DNA of 63,876 nt, filler included, from Octopus bimaculoides (GCF_001194135.2; 6 parts of 6 records of this genome joined end to end with filler, not necessarily neighbours in it); one strand, 5' to 3'. Counted from the first letter of the whole stretch, positions 12,975 to 26,737 are shown. Program-made: numbers and translations. The notes: generated from the sequence alone by a model not told the origin.

Positions 12975-13770
12975 AATATATTCATCGTCGACCGGTTTCT
13001 CTTTTGCTAGTCATGACTAAGAAAATACTGAAAATATCAAGAAATTCTGTACTTGTTCGTAGCAGGACATGAATCCGTAACTAAATAAATCTAAGGGAAG
13101 TTTAATTAGCGATTATTATTATTAGAGACGGGGGAGAATTTCTCCGTCTGACGGACATCTTTGCTGGTTTCTAGAGTTCTGTTCACATGGTGGACAATAT
13201 ATGTCATAATTAAATTTTCGGATGCGCAAGTGAATCGGTCTAAATACTAAATTTCTTACCTTGTCTGAAGTGGAATTCCAAAATTTCCACATTTGGGACG
13301 CTCGTATCTTTTAACTCTTTGTTCAGTAATTGTTGGGTATAATTTCGAATTTGTGAATATTCTTTTTAGTGACCTAGGTTTCTTTTTGTTTTTTACTTTT
13401 GGTGAATTTTACTTTGTAGAATGTGGTTCATATTTGCCTCCCTAGCGAACATTGATCAATTTTAAATAATGGTATTATATAATTCATTATTTCTAGGGTT
13501 GTGTGTCGAAATACACTGAAGTATTTGTAGATGATGCACACAGTTTTATTCTGTTTTCTGTAGTGTGTTGTTAACTATTTTCTACACACATTTAAACACA
13601 TCATCAATTAATGAGGGTGGATAGTGACTCTCACCTAGTGTAGCTTTAAAGTCTTTAAGGTCTCTTGTTGTATTCGGACGGAATTATATTGTGCAAAGCA
13701 TTTTCGCTAAATTAAAGGGAATATTTTTAAATGTGTCACGTGTTGCATGAGTTAAAAAGAAGGTATTGCT
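12975..13770 (-). mobile_element. Penelope-like element remnant (RT thumb, linker, GIY-YIG)
   Basis: Minus-strand fragments FNSC, TFKNIPFNLA, YPPSLIDD, HNPRNNELYN, RSLKRIFTNSKL, RPKCG, FTCASENLI and CPPCEQ appear in the order expected for the PLE C-terminal region. It has many frameshifts. Confidence 0.7.
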
Positions 13771-14180
13771 TTGAGTCTGTGGGTTTATAATACTCGCGCA
13801 CGCACACACATAATACCCACTCACACACACATATATACGACAAAGTAGGAGAGAGAGATAGAGAGAGAGAGAGTGATAAAGTCACGAAGTTTTCTTCCTT
13901 GTAGACCTGGTGGGTGTTAAAATTTAATCATCTTTTCCGCGCGAATAAGTAGGAGGTAGAGATTTTGCGTCGTTCTGTGTTTATATGTTTCTATATTATC
14001 TTATAATAATTATGCTTGTTTCTCCTTTACTTAGCCCGTCTATAACGCTTTCATGTGATTAGTTCAAGGGAAAAGCGAAGAGCGGAGGAAAAAGTAGAGA
14101 GAAAAAGAGGGTAAGGTGAACAGTGAGACGAAAAAGGGAGAATGCTGTGTATTAAGTCTATACAATTGTGCGTAAAGTAT

Positions 14181-14424
14181 ATGGTGTAGTGGTTAAGAGC
14201 GCGGGTTACTGACCCCATGATTCCGAGTTCGATTCTAGGCAGTGACCTGAATAACAATAACAATAACAACAACAACAGCAACATCGAAAAATACCTTAAG
14301 AATGAGAACCCAGGTTCGAAATTTCTTCAAGGCACTTGATGAAGGCCGGAGGGTATATCAGTGGAAGTGTTGTGTTAACAACAAACAAGGTGAGGACCAA
14401 TATCCGTCAAATGTAAATAATGTA
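14181..14424 (+). mobile_element. Composite short repeat: tRNA-derived head + (AAC)n + body with hammerhead-like motif
   Basis: A box TGGTGTAGTGG (14182) and B box GAGTTCGATTCT (14225), then an (AAC/AAT)n run at 14250-14282. The body contains TTGATGA-A-GGC...GGAAG at 14336-14366. Confidence 0.6.
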
Positions 14425-15043
14425 TATAGTGTTTATACATAAAGTGCATTAAATAATCACCATATTCCAATTTCCTCAATGGTTAGGAGATGAGTGTCTA
14501 TTTTTTATAGAGACGCAGCACAGACTACGCTTTCAGACTTTTTGTATAAAGTTTTCAGAAGTAACCCAATACGTTTACCATTAATTCTGTGAAGTATTCA
14601 CCGATTCTGCTAGTTATTCTTAATTTATAAATCAAAGAAAAGGATGAAGTGACTGTAAAAGCCTGACTTGCTCCAAATATCTCCGCTCTATGAAATAGAA
14701 AGTAATCGGTGTTTAATTTTGTTGTCATTGGTTCATAGAAATTCATTTCTATAGTTCATTTATAATTCGTCATAATCGGCTACATTTTAAAATAACAAAC
14801 GTTTCGTTTCTTGCGTTTTAGCATTGTGAGCACGGGCCCTGTCATTGGCACGATAATGCTTAAATAGGGTTATTTTTAAACATGTATTCGTGCAGAGCAT
14901 TACATTACGTCTGTAGTTGTTTGGTTAACACTGTAAAACATGAAAAATAGATTCACACATGAAAGTGACCACACAGGTCAAAGTAAAATTTCCTTGAAAA
15001 AAATATAAAAAACAAAATTATTTTCCAGAATTTAAGCACAAAA

Positions 15044-15290
15044 CTAATGAATCTCTGTCATTTTCACATGCAAATACTTGACAGTTTTGACAGCTAATTC
15101 TACTGATTTTTTTCTTTCTGCTGAAGGGCAAATCTCGCAAAATCCTCGGGAGTCACTTTGTTTTCCTGTTTTGGATACTGAAATTATTTCTTCAGGCTCT
15201 TCATCACCAAGGAATTCTTCAGTCAGCATTTTTAGAAATCCTCATCTAGAGTGAGGTTTGTTCTTCTATTTAACTTTTACTTGCTTTTCA
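15044..15290 (-). mobile_element. piggyBac-like transposase C-terminal remnant
   Basis: The minus strand reads RGFLKMLTEEFL...SRGFCEICPSAERKKS, resembling the RRxFLxxL segment and the start of the Cys-rich RxxCxxC domain of piggyBac transposases. Later cysteines are lost and no TTAA/TIR was identified. Confidence 0.4.
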
Positions 15291-17488
15291 ATATATAACA
15301 AAAAAGTATTATACGCTGCTGTAGCAATTGGATCCTCACCTGGATCGTTTCACCGATTAGCATCTAATCAGCTGGTCAAGTTTACCATAGAAATTTTCAA
15401 AAAATAAGGAAAATCCGAGAACATGCTTTTTGATACAAACAAACTTATTTTTCTTATTTACAAAATAAGACGTACCACTGACAAGATCACAGCGGCCCAA
15501 TACATGCTTTCATGGAAATTTATTTACAATTTAAAACCCAAACACAAAATGAAAAATATTTTTTTACCAAAATACTTGGGATAAGGTGTTCATAACGTAG
15601 TATCAATTTACGGCACTATTGATTTAAATTCAATATTTTTTTACGTCATATAAAATGGCTTCTACACAAAAATAACTCTGTGATCACTTCAATGCTTTTG
15701 AGTCTTAATGTGACTTTTACCTATTGCGTCAAATGTGTTTGATGTGTGGACCGTCATTCCGAATAGCAGGAATGGTCTGTTGGATAAGGACTATTATTCT
15801 TAAAAACATTATTCATGTTAAGCAACGTAGATGAAAAAATACTTTTAAATATATTATAATAACTACATTAATGAGAGAGAATTGAAAGCATATTAGATGT
15901 TAGCAATGTTTGGTGTAAATGTATGTGAAAAAAAATCTAATCAGAATGATAAGTATACAATCTTCTTAACTAAGGGGGCTTATAGTAAAATATTGTCTAA
16001 AACTATGCATGCAGTCATTGAGAACACCAAAGAAAGATGGCGATGTTTTAGGCGCCAACTCGATATCTTTCACATTACAAGAAACCCCCCAGAAGAAGAC
16101 AACGGTAAAACTAAAGAAACTTAAAACAAAAAGCTTCTATTTTGTAGTGTGAATTGATATTTTGATATGACAATAGGCTGCATCATTACATACATTTATT
16201 AGCTGCATTTATATTGGTTATGTCAGCTAAAAATCCACAAGGTCTACTGAATTGATTAATCAAACACGTTGAAGTTTCGACTTGACTTTATCTCTGAGTG
16301 CGAACGCATGCTAGCGATATGTATATATTGAACAGAACATCTTATTAAAAATAATAAATGACAATTGTCTATAAAATTGAACTAGAGCCGAAATAGTAAT
16401 GTTTACGAATAGAGCACTCCTGATCTTAGTTCGTTCTCACATTGAAATAACTGTATAATTTAGACTTAATGAAAAATATCTAAACTATTAGAAATTTTGA
16501 AGGACAAAAAATATAGTTACAAACGTTTAATACAACGAAGTTAATAAGTAAATCTAAGTAAAAAATAAATAAGTATACGTTTTACTGATTCGTTCTAAAT
16601 TTAGATTTATCTTTGCAGATATTTTATAATATTCTATGAATTTTACAACTCTCCCAGTAGACTCTGAACATGGCTAATATTACAAAATACTTCAGCAAAA
16701 AAAAAAAAAAGAGATAACCGATTGATATTATCGGTCTGCATTTTACAGCAAAATACCATAGATTTTAATGATTCTATGAGAGGAGGAATTTCACTTCACA
16801 TAGCTTTGCCATGGGAATCGGAGTTAGGGATGAAGTGCTGTGTGTATTTTCATTTAAGATATTGGTCATGGTTAAATGCGCTAAAATCAACAATGCCAAA
16901 GATATTCAAGAATCAGCTGAATTTGTGAAAGATGTAGGATGGCGGTTGGAGTTAGATTTGAAAATAGATGCATTAAATTATCTATAGTGGCATCTTAATT
17001 TAATGCCCTAATTTAATGAAAACATAGGGAAGCAGTTATACGAGAACGTTCATAAACTTATAATTTCCTGTTAGTCATAAATGTTTTCTATTTGCTGTCG
17101 CTAAATCTGACCGTATTATTTGATACTCAAAGTACGGTTCAGTATTTTTCCACTCAGTGACGATTTAGAAAAATATTCAAGATGGCGTAGCTTTATTAAA
17201 TGCTTTTTAGCTTAATCGAAAGTACTTTAGCTAAACCACTTTTAACAGCATTCTCCTCTAAACCGGTATATATTATACATGTTTAATATTCTAGCATTGC
17301 GAATACATACAAGTGATAAGCGTGTGTAAACAATTATTAACGTTCAAAGTTACTTTCACATTTAAAAACTTTCTCTGAAATGTATAAGCAATATATAAAC
17401 ATACACTATTATTTAATGTATCGGAAAGATAAAGGTACATGTTAGATAACATACGTACTATACCACATATTCCTCTCATATGTGTATT

Positions 17489-17522
<34 letters not shown>

Positions 17523-18299
17523 TACATATATCTACACATATATACATATGTATAGACACACACACCATATATATGTATATATGTATATGCGTGTATATGT
17601 GCATATAGATTAGCTTATGTTGCTTGAAAATCTCATAAACGACCGTCTCCGTTGTGTCTAAAACTTTCAGATGTAAAATAAAGTAATTTAAACTTTGAAG
17701 ATCGCAGTCATCGCACGCATTAAACTTTCTATATTCAAGTATATCCTAAATACCTGAATACATTGAAATGTCATATGTAGTAAGCCAATCTCACTAAAAT
17801 TACTCATAAATAATGCTACGATATCAGTTAATCTTCTCAAAATAGCTTTTACAAGTCGTATTGTTATAGCAATAGTGTAAAGTTATTTCTATGACAAGTT
17901 CCTGTTTGTTACAAAATTTAAACACATTTTAACGAAATATTTGCTCTGTCATATAAGAGAGGCTTGCATTTTAAACAATTCATTTTAATACGGAGATGTA
18001 AATATTCCTTCATGTAATTGAAAGTATCGTTGTGTAATATGAAGTATTCACCAATGCAACAAAATTGAAAACACTTGTCATAATAAAATACCAAATGATA
18101 CGTTAAAAGATAAGGCCACATACACATGCTCAAACTCACTCACGCACAGACATATACACGAGCGCACACATACATATATAGGTATAGATATCGATATAGA
18201 TACATGAATAAACACATACATGGTGATTTCTCCATCTTCAAAGATGATTGTGGTGTGCTTGTGTTTCCTCATTGTAACTAGTATTTCTGACTTACATTC

Positions 18300-18765
18300 G
18301 ATTATCTCTCAGACAAGTATTCAGTCTTGTTACAGATCTGTACGGTTTCAAGCATAGGTGGCAGATGAATGTTGTAAATTATTGTGCGCTTTCAAATCAT
18401 TTGTTCTGCACAGATCACCACTTTTCCACCGTCACTGGATTTTCTGTAAATGGAATAACAAATGAGATCACCAGACATCTGTACGCGACTTCATTAAAGT
18501 AAGAAACGCTTATACAACTCCAATAATATTCTGAGTCTCCGTGCGTAGTACATGGTGACAAGTCGAAGCAGGATGGCCAGAAATCACGGGAAACTGCAGG
18601 TGTTACATCGAGTGTCCTCTTCCAGAAGGTTGCTGCAAAAACTGCTTAGAGTTCCCACTCCCTGTGTTGTTACTGTGCATCTCTGTGCTCTGATGGCTTT
18701 CCATCACATATAATAGCTAACTCATAGTTGGGACCTTGATACGTGCTGTCACATCAGGTCAAATA
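18300..18765 (-). mobile_element. Very degraded RTE-like LINE RT remnant
   Basis: Minus-strand fragments in order: PDVTARI, CDGKPSE, NTGV..VFAATF, YR.SGDL and ICNKTEYL. They loosely match RTE motifs HDGMxARV, xNGxxS, GVKQGCVLAPTLF, YRxDGxLF and IxxxKTEV. Confidence 0.4.
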
Positions 18766-19599
18766 TTATGCATGAATATATCATACTTATAGGATGTGCC
18801 TTTGAAACAGGAATACTGGTAGAAAGGATCAATATAAAAACCAATCCAGTACAAACACAACATACTTGATAGAGTTGTGTGGGACAGGGAACAAATGTTA
18901 TTCACTGTTGAAGTTCAACAGTACACGATCGCACGCGCATGCATACATATATAAATATATAGATTCAGATGAATTAGTTACTTAAGTGGAGGCACCGGGA
19001 ATTTAGTACGGTATTATCCATACAGTTTCAAAATAAGATGATCAAAATCAAAATAAGCAACAGGATATCCAGAGGTAATGCAGTACGATCGTTTCAAGCA
19101 ACTATATAACCTGTTATCAGGTCAAGCATTTGTTATCCAACGCACCACCCGCGTTACGCTCAACCATTGTGAAAAATACGGAAACTGTAGCAAGATCTTT
19201 ACCAACATTGCGGCTTATGGAATGAATAATAGGCGTGAATATATACAAATAACGATAAGTAATTTTGCATAAATTGGGATGAATAAACAGAAAAATGTTA
19301 AAGGCAAAATGGCTCGAAAGGTTTTAGTCATTACTTCACTTTTTTATAACAGTTGAATAAATACAGATTCTTATTGTGCTTAATCCTTTTACTCTTATGC
19401 TCTTTTACTCGTTTCAGCCATGCGGCCGTGGTCATGCTGGAGCCCCACCACCACCACCACGCGCAAATTTTATTGAATTTAAACATGCGAACGCTCCTAT
19501 GGAATGCATTTCCTGATTCGTTTGCTACTAAGAAAATCTACATGGACAAAATGTTTTCAGTAGTAATGCCAAAATCCATGACACTTATACCGGATTATG

Positions 19600-19928
19600 G
19601 TTCATTAGTCAATATTCTGTTGAAACTGGCTTACGCTTATTATCCGATCCCCTTATACTTCATTACTATTCCTCGCACTTTCTGTTGCATTGTTGCCTTT
19701 ATTGAACTCATTAAGCAAAATATAACGAATATGTTCCGTTGCCACTTCCATTATAGCTTTGAAAATAACTGTTAAAATCGAAATGCACTCTTCAATCCTT
19801 GCACTAAGAGTAAGCACTAGGTAAAATTACTACCTGCTTTTATAATAAGCACGTAGTTTATACCGTCCCTCTTCGACTTTTATTTCACACAATTGAAAAC
19901 ACTGCATTATTTATGGGATAACCCAATA
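19600..19928 (-). mobile_element. mariner transposon 5' end, second diverged copy
   Basis: Aligns along about 300 bp with 11565-11867. The minus strand reads MEVATEHIRYILLNEFNKGNNATESARN, and the end is TA-TATTGGGTTATCCC. Confidence 0.85.
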
Positions 19929-21107
19929 TATTCACATTTTACAAATTGAAATACTTGATCAGGTATTTGGCTATTTAAAGCTACGTTATCTGAAGAATAT
20001 ATATTTTTTTAATTAGTGCATATGTTCTCCATAACCTTTCTGATAATTCTATGCATCCACCTTTAGCTTCCATGAATCTCACAGTGCTGGACTGCAATCT
20101 TTGACATGTTTGTACTAGATATACCTATTTCATTTTAAGCATTTCGTAGACAATGCTGCCTTTAGTAAACATATGTTATTGTGAAGATGTCTTCATTTCG
20201 ACCATTTGTTGTTACATGTTCGTAAATATTTTCAGACGTCCATACTTGGCTTCTATTGGATTTTCGAGGTGTATTGTTGAGACTCGTATAGCCTCCACTC
20301 TGTCACTCACTCTTCTAGGGTATTTCAATTCCCATCAGACCTCAACGCATCCGACAGTATTAATTCTAAAACATTGTACAAAATTTTATGTGGTATGATA
20401 TGACTTTTGTACCTCACTATGTATAAGCGAATCACGATTTCTAAAAACTTAGCGTGCACAAAACTGGAGACATCAGAAGATCTGCAGAATACTAAAAAAA
20501 CCATGTTCATGATTGCAGCATTTCAAGGAGAACCAACGTTTAAACGTTAGCAGTTTATGTATATTTTACTAGAAGACTAAAAAGAAGAAATTTCTAGAAA
20601 CATCATGCTCTTCTTCAATAAATTTTAACCACCCGGCAAGAAATATAATTAGACAAAATCATATCTGGAAGACGTGCCACTATCTGTTGTAGATTAAGGA
20701 AAGAAATACCAAGATTTCATTATGGTATCAGGGACGAAATGTATTGTTATTACGTGTATCTAATTAGTTTAACGTCATCATTTAACGTTAATTTTCTCTT
20801 CAATATTTTAAAGAAAAATACACAATTTTCTCAATAATTTGAAACAACCTTAATCAATTATTCAATCATTTGTTAGAGATTCATTTGGTAATTAATATCC
20901 ATCTGTTTTTTCCCATATAATATGTTAAAACTGTATAATTTGTAAAAATAATAAATAATTAACTTTGTATTACTCTATTTCAAAATTAATGCTGTTGTCC
21001 ACAGAAATTGATTAGACCCTTCTTAGCACTAATATATTCTACTGTTAATATAAATATTTCTTGTAATAATGGGTCCATTCAAGACCATGACGCATATATA
21101 TATATAT

Positions 21108-21144
<37 letters not shown>

Positions 21145-21346
21145 AACAGAGAGAGATTATAATAAGGAAGAAATCATTAATGATTGTTTCAGGATGCCAG
21201 AGAGGAAATAAAGACTTTATAAGTAAATTTGACGAATATAATAATTATATATATAATTATAACAAAGGATTAGCATTATACTACTCCGCACGCTGAAAAT
21301 ATACGCGAAATGACGCCAACGTGTGTGTGTTTGTGTGTGTGTGACT

Positions 21347-21386
<40 letters not shown>

Positions 21387-22370
21387 ATGCTTTCTGCAGC
21401 TATTGTAGCAAATGATATGTATTGTTTGCCTTAAAAAAATCCAGAGGGCAGTCATTGACAATGTGGAGGATATGGGCAATTGCATTAAAATGCGAGATAT
21501 AAATTCAATTGAAAAGTATTTTTATTTAAGGAGAAATGAAACAGATTTGTCTTAACATTCATAGTAATTGCAAAAAATATTTATTCCTGAACCCATAATC
21601 ATTATTGAACATGTGGATTTCTTTTGAAAGGACAAATACACATCTTTTTTAAAATTTTATTTCGTTGTGGAAATACTAATCCATTAATATCACCCAAAGA
21701 GATATTCTTTATTCTATAATATCTATATCTTTATGAATTATTTAATTGAATTACATCAAAATCTATGTCCAGCAATTCGCTATTTGATATTTCCTATTCG
21801 AAAATTAGTTATTACTTATGAAATATATCAGTGACAATTAAATGTGTCTTAGGAGAACTGTTTTTATATGAAAACTACTACTTTGAGAAATGCTATTTTA
21901 ACGAAAACAACCAAGCAAAATTCTATTCGTTGAACTTTCAAGTAAACATTTTTTGTTTGGTCATTCTTTGAGATATCACTTGCTAAGAAATCCATGATCG
22001 GTTTTATTTCGGTTAGCAGGTATACAGAATTCTAATTTCTATCGGTCTTATATAGACCCACATCTTATGTATCTAAGAGAATGCAGTGTAATGTGGTAAT
22101 GCATATTAAGGCAAAACACAAGAGATACTAGTTATTCTACAACAGATAAATTTAAAATATTTCACACGGCTATACTCTTGCTTTTTTCTTATGAGGTATC
22201 TTTCTCTCTTTCTCTGTGTCTCCCTCTCTCTCTCTCTCTGTCCCTCTCTATCTGTCTCTCTGTCTCTCTCTCTGTCTCTCTCTCTGTCTCTCTCTCTCTC
22301 TCACTCTCTCTCTCTCTCTCTGCAAATACACACACACATAAACATATTTATATTTTATAATTTCTCTTGT

Positions 22371-22442
<72 letters not shown>
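22371..22442. repeat. (TATC)n microsatellite
   Basis: Pure tetranucleotide array, seen directly. Confidence 0.95.
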
Positions 22443-22776
22443 AAGTCGCCTGGATTGGATGGTCTACCCTACGAGCTGTATTGCTAAATGCCAGACTTGT
22501 TTGGCGACCTCTTGGCATCAGTCTACTGCAACTGGCAACAAAACGGGAGAATTCCCGGTTTCGTGAGCCGAGGTGCAGTGACATTGCTGAGGAAAGACCC
22601 AAACAACAGGAATTTTATAGATAATTTCAGGCCCATCACTCTGCTCAACGCAGATTTGAAAATTTTGGCCAAAGTAATAGCCGAGAGGTTGGCGCTTATC
22701 ATCGATAAACTGGTCGACAAGGCGCAAACATGCGCCGTACCGGGCAGAAGTATCCATGACAACCTCCACCTCATGC
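22443..22776 (+). mobile_element. Tx1/L1-clade non-LTR retrotransposon RT fragment (truncated by a gap)
   Basis: KSPGLDGLPYELY*MPDLFGDLLASVY...GAVTLLRKDPN...NFRPITLLNADLKILAKVIAERL...AQTCAVPGRSIHDNL are RT domain 0-2 motifs typical of the L1/Tx1 group. There is one in-frame stop. Confidence 0.9.
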
Positions 22777-22876
22777 NNNNNNNNNNNNNNNNNNNNNNNN
22801 NNNNNNNNNNNNNNNNNNNNTTAATTAATTAANNNNNNNNNNNNNNNNNNNNNNNNNNNNNNNNNNNNNNNNNNNN
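22777..22876. other. Assembly gap of unknown size with TTAATTAATTAA linker (also 44824, 56224, 60129, 62792)
   Basis: The same self-complementary 12-mer is centred in a 100-bp N block (44 N + 12 + 44 N here) and places stops in all six frames. Confidence 0.95.
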
Positions 22877-22916
<40 letters not shown>

Positions 22917-23750
22917 TTGTATGTATATATTTATGCACCAAACACATACGTCTAAATTAGCGATAGTGGAAGTGTTTTTTTGTATAAATGATGTTTTTCT
23001 TTTCGGATGCTTGAGAAAGCTCAAAACAATGAGTTTATACGGGATGTAGTTTTTTACGCACGTCTAATAATATACACATGCATGTTTCCTTAAAATAACC
23101 TCTATATAAATATAATCGCAAGTGTCTCATTTGTCATCAGAAGTGTAAAAACAGAAACCTAATCTTTCTAACTCAGCCGTATGAAAAAAAAAGAAGAAAA
23201 AGAAAAACGAAACGATAAAAATGTTGAATAGCTATTTTATCATCAGCAGTGGAATGCTAAACAAGTCGCCTAGTTTAACATTACTTGACTGCTTAGGTGC
23301 CTTTAAGCATTCGCTCCTGGCTTTCTGTCTGAAAAATACCACAGTTTCTTGTCATATCTTTTCCACCACTGCTTTACTTTACTCAGTGCAGCGTATTTGT
23401 CAAATGAAACGTTTCCGAGTGGAAGTCCGCACCTAGATACGACAAGGCAACCAGGCCAAAACAGAGATTAAAGTGGCTGGGCCTTGTGGGCCAGATGGCT
23501 TGGTTCGGACTAGTTGTTTCTTCTGTAGGAGGCAAAGTCCGTAACTTTGGTAAAGAAATATCTTTTTTATAAAATGTTCCAGTTCTTTTATTTGTAAGTA
23601 CATCGTGTATACTCTATGCATCTGCATATAACTGTAACGTCATACAGATATAACCCAAATTGCTAAAAGACTAAACGAACAGATTAAAATGAGGAGAACA
23701 AATTACATCTGACCTGGGTCTTATTACTAATTAAAATGAAGCTACATTTT

Positions 23751-23969
23751 TTTTTCCTTTCTATTATAGGTACAAGGCCCGAGGTTATGAGTGAGAGGAC
23801 TAGTCGATTACATCGACCCAGAATTTCACTGGTACTTAATTTATCGACCCCGAAAAGATGAAAGGCAAAGTCGACCTCGACAGCATTTGAACTCAGAACG
23901 TAACGACAGACGAAATACCGCTAAGCATTTCGCCCAGAGTGCTAACGATTCTGCCAGCTCGCCGCCTTG
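23751..23969 (-). mobile_element. SINE family A, full-length, 15-bp TSD
   Basis: Reverse complement of the family A unit, flanked by ATGAAGCTACATTTT at 23736-23750 and 23970-23984. Confidence 0.9.
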
Positions 23970-24579
23970 ATGAAGCTACATTTTACATCTGGCCTAAGCC
24001 TATTACCTGATTTGCGCAGGCCTTCTTTTAAGTAACTTTCTGAGAGAATTCTCTGCTCTATCAGCTGATGCATAAAAGCGTGTTCTTATCTTCATCAATT
24101 CGTAACTGATACCCCACAAATCTCAAGATTTCGAGAGATTTCAACCCCCAATCACTGATTTTCAGCTGGGTTATTAACTGGAATCCAAGTTAAAGGTGGC
24201 TAGTAGGTCGTGCTTATTTCTTTCCCTCCTATAGATGAAACACATCTTTGAAGAGTAATGCAATTTATATGTATATTTAACAAATTGTCGACACGTTTCA
24301 ATCTATCACACACGCATACAATAATAATTAAGCTTAATTCAAGCCAATAAAGGAACCACTGCTAATTTGCTAGTCCTATTGAGAAGTAGCAGTCAAACCA
24401 CTTCCAAATTGTACGTGAGTGTATTAAAAAAATGAAGAATACATAAGATAGCATAGCATTAGAGCCCCTCCCTTTGCTTTAAACTTACAGGTGGTATTTA
24501 TCCGGATTTTCAAGGCTTTAGGCTGCGATTACAAAATTCGTACTTCAAGTCCGTAAAAAGGTGCTAATTTTCAATTAAG

Positions 24580-24702
24580 TGTACTGAAGCAAAGAGGCTA
24601 GAATTGTCTTCGTCAAGGACACAATGTGCCACTTGCACTAAGAATTGAACACACGGCTTAACGTAGGTGAGCTTAATCCATTAAACGCGAGGTCATATGC
24701 CT
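24580..24702 (-). mobile_element. Degenerate tRNA-derived SINE head and core
   Basis: ttgtcttcgtcaaggacacaatg...gaattgaacacacg is similar to 10075-10180. Confidence 0.45.
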
Positions 24703-26405
24703 TCACTAGTCCTATATACTATAATAATATAAAAGAAAATGACAGAATGCTTTTGAATCGGCTCGAGGGATTAAACAAAGGAACACACTACCAGAAGCCT
24801 GCGAGGGAAAACTTATCATAGTAGATCAACTCGTTTAAGATCGACTTGGGGCTATATGACAACACTCTTTTGTTTCTTCATCTTTCCTCACCAGGTTCGA
24901 AATAGGTAACAGAGTGTTCATAAATAAATTATGACTAAGGACTTTACCATCAATTTACTGCTAAGGCAACAGAGAGTATTGTGCTGGACATGCTTTTCCT
25001 ATGAAAGATGATATAACTTTGCACTTGGTACTGAAATCAGTTTGTCTCTTCGGCTTGTCGAAAACTTTATTCTTACTTTTCACGAGAAAATATATTTTTT
25101 TGGCTTTAGAGCAAGGCTTGTAAAATGTTGCTTACAGACAGATCAGCTCTAAAAAGCAAAGCTTCAATCATGGGTGTTCCAAGTTTGAAAAATTACTCTT
25201 TTCTTTTAGGGTATAAAGGACTACATTACCCTTTTTACAGATAGGTAACGAGGAGGATATGGCTGTTTTTTCTAGTAATTTAATTAGTTGTGTAGAGGCT
25301 CCGTTGTTGTCTCACAAGATGTTAACACTTACGTTAATCAACAATACTAACGTAGCTATAGATTTTTTTTCATATGGATGGCGTCACTAAGTAATTTCTC
25401 TTAACAATTTCTTGTAAGATATTAACATCCTTGTGAGCCCACGATGGAGTTTCTATAACGTTAGTCAAACAATAAGAAAAAGTAGACATAGCTTCCTCAG
25501 ATCACACCCTACCTATCTTAAAAAATGGATAATGTTCTTGATACTCTATGTCTATAAAGAAATATACTTATTTTCATGTTAACTTGCTCACAATATTAAA
25601 CATTTGCTTAGTAATTCTCTCATCACTACTTTGCCAAATAAGAGCATGTCTATGTTTCGCTCAGGAGGTTTAATAAGTTCGAAACCAATCCTAAATCATC
25701 TCCAATGCTTACCATAATTATTGATATCATATTAATAATCGAGCTGTTTCCACGCTATATAGATATATTTAGTTCACTGTGTGGTTACAAAATTTGTCTC
25801 GTATCTACCCGGTTTCATATTTGATCTCATCGCGTGGTTCCTTGAGCAAATATGTTCTACCATAGCATCGTGTACCATAGCCATGTATGTAGAATTTGAT
25901 AGACAGTAAATGTGCAGAAACTATTGCCTGATTCAACACCACCTATGGCACCTTTGGTGACTTAAGTAAAGTTCACTTTGAAGAATTCGGATAACATCTG
26001 AATTTCCTCACAAGTTAGCTCAATTGATACGACACTAGACTTTTAATGAAATACTACATAAAACATCTGAGGCATGAGGCCTTTTTGTTAGGACTGTTCG
26101 CCTCCTGATCTTCAGGTCATGGGCGCGATTCTTGCACCGAGCAATGTTATGTGTGTTTTTACAAAGCTTTTTTTATTTCATTTATCGTTGCCCCTCACTC
26201 TCTAGCTGAGTCAAGAGTAGGGAGGCCGTTTATGTTTGCATGCTACTGCATGAGCACCGAAATCTCTTGGCGGAAGCATGATACATGCTTCGAAGTCATA
26301 CTCGATTGCATGTGACAGAGGCCTTGAATGAGGTCATGCGTTCTGACCCTCCTTCGATTGAATCATAAAATAAAAGTAAACATTCTTGCTATATTAAATA
26401 TGTGA

Positions 26406-26512
26406 AGGTACATGGCCTGGTAGTTAGGTTGCTGGTTCACGGTCATAATGTGAGTTCGATCGCTGATCATAGCAGCACGTTGTATCCTTGAGCAAAGCAC
26501 TTCATCTCACAC
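26406..26512 (+). mobile_element. Degenerate tRNA-derived SINE head and core
   Basis: TGGCCTGGTAGTTAGG (A-box-like), GAGTTCGATC (B box), then gtatccttgagcaaagcacttcatctcac. Confidence 0.55.
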
Positions 26513-26737
26513 TACCACGCTTCATCTCACAGCAATACCAGCAGATCACGGGGACATCCCTCTCTCATCTTCATTGAGGATGTGCAGAATGAAGGGTAGG
26601 AGCAATGAGACGATGTCTACATTTATTTTCAACTACATAGTCGTTTATAACAATTAGCGAAAGCATGGTACATACCGCCAGGTCATACCCGCTTGTGAGT
26701 GACATCTATGATGTTTTAATTATATTACCCAAGTTAA

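Noticed and set aside
16722-16990. GGISLHIAL resembling a PIF1/Helitron helicase motif
   Set aside because: It is a single weak motif with no Walker A or DE box in register.
22821-22832. TTAATTAATTAA islands inside N runs (also 44824, 56224, 60129, 62792), which look like a conserved motif or spaced repeat
   Set aside because: An identical self-complementary 12-mer centred in 100-bp N blocks with stops in six frames is an assembly gap linker, not biology.
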